From Myxococcota bacterium (GTDB lineage: Bacteria > Myxococcota_A > Polyangia > Nannocystales > Nannocystaceae), in the NCBI GenBank assembly GCA_039028615.1, contig JBCCHT010000034.1:32001-96000 (forward strand): 64,000 nt of DNA. The letters run 5' to 3'. The stretch's first letter is position 1, and the number at the start of each line of letters is the position of its first letter. Of the stretch, positions 61,193-64,000 are shown in pieces. Under the pieces are notes generated by a model. The model was given only the letters and a program-made list of their open reading frames with translations, had not been told where the DNA came from and did no database searches. Made by a program: the position numbers and the translations under genes.

Positions 61193-61378
61193 CAGCGGGC
61201 GATCTCGGGCGTGGTCGGGAATACACCCGTGGGCCTTCCCGGTAGCCCCCACGGGTGTGAATCGAAGCCGCCGAGCCGTTGGCAGCTTCGCGGATCTTCT
61301 GCGAAGCTGGACCGCCCGGAGCCTCCGATCCAGCCGGATCGCGAGCCCGAGTCCACGGACCGCTTCGCCCGCCCGCTG
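61193..61378 (+). ncRNA. Candidate structured 5' leader RNA (unassigned)
   Basis: Six mutually compatible stems closing 5 nt before the ATG at 61384. Confidence 0.45.
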
Positions 61379-61383
61379 CCACG

Positions 61384-62169
61384 ATGCAAGTGTTCCTCGA
61401 GACCATCCTGAGCTACCCCACCGTGTTCTTCACCGTTCTGTTGGCGGTGGTGTTCATCTACTGGATGCTCGTGATCGTCGGCGCGATGGGCATCGAGGTT
61501 CTCGATGTCGATCTCGACGGTGTGCACGAGGGTGCAGCCGAAGGGGCCGCCGAAGGAGCGGCCGAAGGGGTGACCGAGGGCCTCGCCGAGGGCGTGGCTG
61601 AAGGTGCCGCCGAGGGCGTGGCCGAAGGCGCTACCGAAGGCGTGCACGAGAGCGCCCACGAGGCGCTCGGCGACGGCATGTTCGCGGGCATCTTCTATGC
61701 CCTCAAGCTGCGCTCCGTCCCGCTGACCCTCGTGCTCTCGCTGGTCATCGTGCTGGGCTGGGTCATGTGCTTCTTCGGCACGCGGTACCTGATCATCGAC
61801 ATGGGCCTCGGCCCCTCGTGGCTCATCGGCACCGCGCTGCTCGCCACGTCGATCATCGTGGCCTTCCCCGTCACCTCCGTGCTCGTGCGGCCGCTCGCCT
61901 CCATTCTCAAGGTCGAGAAGCCCACCACGCGCCAGGACCTCGTCGGCGAAATCGTCCGCATCGACACCAGCCGCGTCGATGACCGATTCGGCATGGCCCG
62001 AGCCGAAGACGGCGGTGCGGGGCTCATCGTCCAGGTCCGCTGCCCCGCCGAGGACAACGGCCTCGGCCGAGGCTCGAGCGCGCTGGTCGTCTCCTACGAT
62101 CCGCGCCGCGAGGTCTACGAGGTCACCCCCTTCGATGACCCCTCGACCGGGACATCAGCGGACGCCTGA
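61384..62169 (+). CDS. YqiJ/DUF1449-like (NfeD-like OB-fold) membrane protein
   Basis: 'YPTVFFTVLL', 'VPLTLVLS', 'GMARAEDGGAGLIVQVR'; lies upstream of flotillin. Confidence 0.78.
   Translation: MQVFLETILSYPTVFFTVLLAVVFIYWMLVIVGAMGIEVLDVDLDGVHEGAAEGAAEGAAEGVTEGLAEGVAEGAAEGVAEGATEGVHESAHEALGDGMFAGIFYALKLRSVPLTLVLSLVIVLGWVMCFFGTRYLIIDMGLGPSWLIGTALLATSIIVAFPVTSVLVRPLASILKVEKPTTRQDLVGEIVRIDTSRVDDRFGMARAEDGGAGLIVQVRCPAEDNGLGRGSSALVVSYDPRREVYEVTPFDDPSTGTSADA
61522..61650 (+). repeat. 12-bp tandem repeat encoding (xxEG)n
   Basis: VHEGAAEGAAEGAAEGVTEGLAEGVAEGAAEGVAEGATEGVHE. Confidence 0.85.
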
Positions 62170-62208
62170 GCGCCCGTTCACCGTTCATCATCCCCTTCCC
62201 GCCCCTTT

Positions 62209-62230
62209 GACCCGGACTTCGGTCCGGGTC
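62209..62230 (+). promoter_or_regulatory. Intercistronic cUUCGg tetraloop hairpin
   Basis: GACCCGGAC-TTCG-GTCCGGGTC perfect 9-bp stem. Confidence 0.65.
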
Positions 62231-62262
62231 GCTCCCCCAACCCCTGCAAGTGAGGTCGTTTC

Positions 62263-64000
62263 ATGTCTGCCCCGTCCCTGCTGGCCACGGGCGCACTACT
62301 CGCGGCGCTCGACGAATCCACCATGATCCTGGTGGGCGTCGTCGGTGTCTTCTTGGTGCTGCTCGCGCTCGGCGTCCCTCTTCTCTACGCGAAGCTCTAC
62401 CGCAAGATCGACCAGGGTCGTGCGCTCATCGTCAACAAGATGAGCCGCGTCGAGGTGTTCTTCACTGGTGGCTTGGTCATCCCCGTCGTTCACCGCTTCG
62501 AGGAGATGGACATCTCGGTCAAGACCATCGAGATCAACCGCTCCGGCAAAGAAGGCCTGATCTGTAAGGACAACATCCGCGCGGACATCAAGGTCACCTT
62601 CTTCATCCGGGTCAACAAGACCTCCGAAGACGTGCTCAAGGTGGCCCAGGCCATCGGCACCACCCGCGCCTCGCACCAAGAGACCCTCGAAGAGCTCTTC
62701 AACGCGAAGTTCTCCGAGGCCCTCAAGACCGTCGGTAAGGTCCTCGACTTCGAGGAGCTGTACACCCGGCGCCACGACTTCAAGGAGCAGATCCTCGAGG
62801 TCATCGGCGAGGACCTCAACGGCTACGTGCTCGACGACGCCGCCATCGACTATCTCGAGCAGACCCCGATGGGCGCGCTCGACCCCAAGAACGTCCTAGA
62901 CGCCCGCGGTATCCGAAAGATCACCGAGATCACCGCCGATCAGGCCGTTCGGACCAACGAGATCCAGCGCAACGAGGAGAAGGCGATCCGTAAGCAGGAC
63001 GTCGAGGCCAAGGAAGCCATCCTCGAGCTCGATCGTCAGCAGGCCGACGCCGAGGCCAAGCAGAACCGCGAGATCGCGTCCGTGCAGGCCCGCGAGCAAG
63101 CCGAGACGCTCAAGGTCCAGGCCGAGGAGCGCAAGAAGGCCGAGCTGGCGCGCATCAAGCTCGAAGAGGAAGTCTCCATCAACGAGGAGAACAAGAAGCG
63201 CCAGATCCAGGTCGCCGAGAAGAACCGCGAGCGCGTGGTGGCGGTCGAGCAAGAGCGCGTGCTCAAAGACCAGAACCTCGAGGCCATCAGCCGCGAGCGC
63301 GAGGTCGAGCTCAAGCGCATCTCCAAGGAGAAGGCCCTCGAGGTCGAGAAGAAGGAGATCGCGGACGTCATCCGCTCCCGCATCGTCGTCGACAAGACCG
63401 TCGCCGAGGAAGAGGAGCGCATCAAGGACCTCCGGGTCGTCGCCGCGGCCAAGCGGGCCAAGGAAGCCAAGGTCATCCAGGCCGAAGCCGACGCCCAGGA
63501 GCTGCTGGTCAAGGACATCAAGAAGGCCGAGGCCCAGGACACTGCGGCCAAGTTCCTCGCCAAGGAAAAGATCACCATGGCCGAGGCAGCGCTCGAAGCT
63601 TCCGAGAAGGAAGCCCGCGCCAAGATCCGGCTCTCCGAGGGTGTCCAGGCCGAGGTCGCTGCCCCCGGGCTGGCTCAGGTCAAGGTCAAGGAGGCCGAGG
63701 CCGTCGCCATCGAGAAGCAGGGCGACGCCAAGGCGCGGGTGACCCTGGGCCAGATGAAGGCCGAGGCCGAGGGACGCGAGTCCCAGGGGCTCGCCGAGGT
63801 CCGAATCAAAGAAGCCAACGCCGAGGCCATCGCCAAGACGGGCCGAGCCGAGGCCGAGGCCGAGCGCGAGCAGATGCTGGCGCGAGCGGTCGGCACCGAG
63901 CAGCAGGGCCTGGCCGAGGTCAAGGTCAAGGACGCCGACGCGGCCGCGACCGAGAAGATGGGTCAGGCCAAGGCGGTCGAGATTCGCGAGAAGCTGCTGG
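62263..64000 (+). CDS. Flotillin/SPFH (YqiK-like) protein, truncated by the window end
   Basis: Not in the ORF track because it has no stop in the window. Own translation: TM, then 'YRKIDQGRALIV..MDISVKTIEI..GLICKDNIRADIKVTFFIRVN', then a long AEA-rich coiled coil. Confidence 0.9.
   Translation, partial: MSAPSLLATGALLAALDESTMILVGVVGVFLVLLALGVPLLYAKLYRKIDQGRALIVNKMSRVEVFFTGGLVIPVVHRFEEMDISVKTIEINRSGKEGLICKDNIRADIKVTFFIRVNKTSEDVLKVAQAIGTTRASHQETLEELFNAKFSEALKTVGKVLDFEELYTRRHDFKEQILEVIGEDLNGYVLDDAAIDYLEQTPMGALDPKNVLDARGIRKITEITADQAVRTNEIQRNEEKAIRKQDVEAKEAILELDRQQADAEAKQNREIASVQAREQAETLKVQAEERKKAELARIKLEEEVSINEENKKRQIQVAEKNRERVVAVEQERVLKDQNLEAISREREVELKRISKEKALEVEKKEIADVIRSRIVVDKTVAEEEERIKDLRVVAAAKRAKEAKVIQAEADAQELLVKDIKKAEAQDTAAKFLAKEKITMAEAALEASEKEARAKIRLSEGVQAEVAAPGLAQVKVKEAEAVAIEKQGDAKARVTLGQMKAEAEGRESQGLAEVRIKEANAEAIAKTGRAEAEAEREQMLARAVGTEQQGLAEVKVKDADAAATEKMGQAKAVEIREKLL

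Noticed and set aside
61215..61270. Cobalamin riboswitch or tRNA fragment (GGGAA, CCGGGAAGG, TTCGATTC on the minus strand)
   Set aside because: B12-box elements and a cloverleaf are absent; kept only as an unassigned structured RNA.

Overview
High-GC chromosomal window whose gene content (Cys-rich lipoproteins, Ser/Thr kinases, GKADG lipoprotein) points by inference to a myxobacterium, probably Nannocystales. About 46 CDS are supportable. Housekeeping and stress genes include clpB, coaX, a nitrilase, a TlpA-type thioredoxin, CDF and SLC13/ArsB-type transporters, an ECF sigma/cupin anti-sigma pair, RNase H, and a YqiJ/flotillin operon running off the right end. No rRNA, tRNA, CRISPR array, integrase or transposase was seen. 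Best leads: (1) a 1,936-aa DUF4011-SF1 helicase (Hhe-like) with an intact N-terminal M48 protease plus TerB module and a degenerate C-terminal nuclease, in a ~18 kb cluster with signalling genes and an orphan DISARM-like SNF2 + N6-MTase pair; (2) a nested multi-stem RNA leader upstream of the YqiJ/flotillin operon; (3) an AGCS-family transporter with degenerate substrate motifs and a duplicated ~390-aa insert; (4) a lipoprotein resembling the colicin M catalytic domain; (5) a TsdA-like diheme cytochrome fused to DM13; (6) several probable pseudoenzymes. All family calls come from motif recognition by eye; no searches were run.
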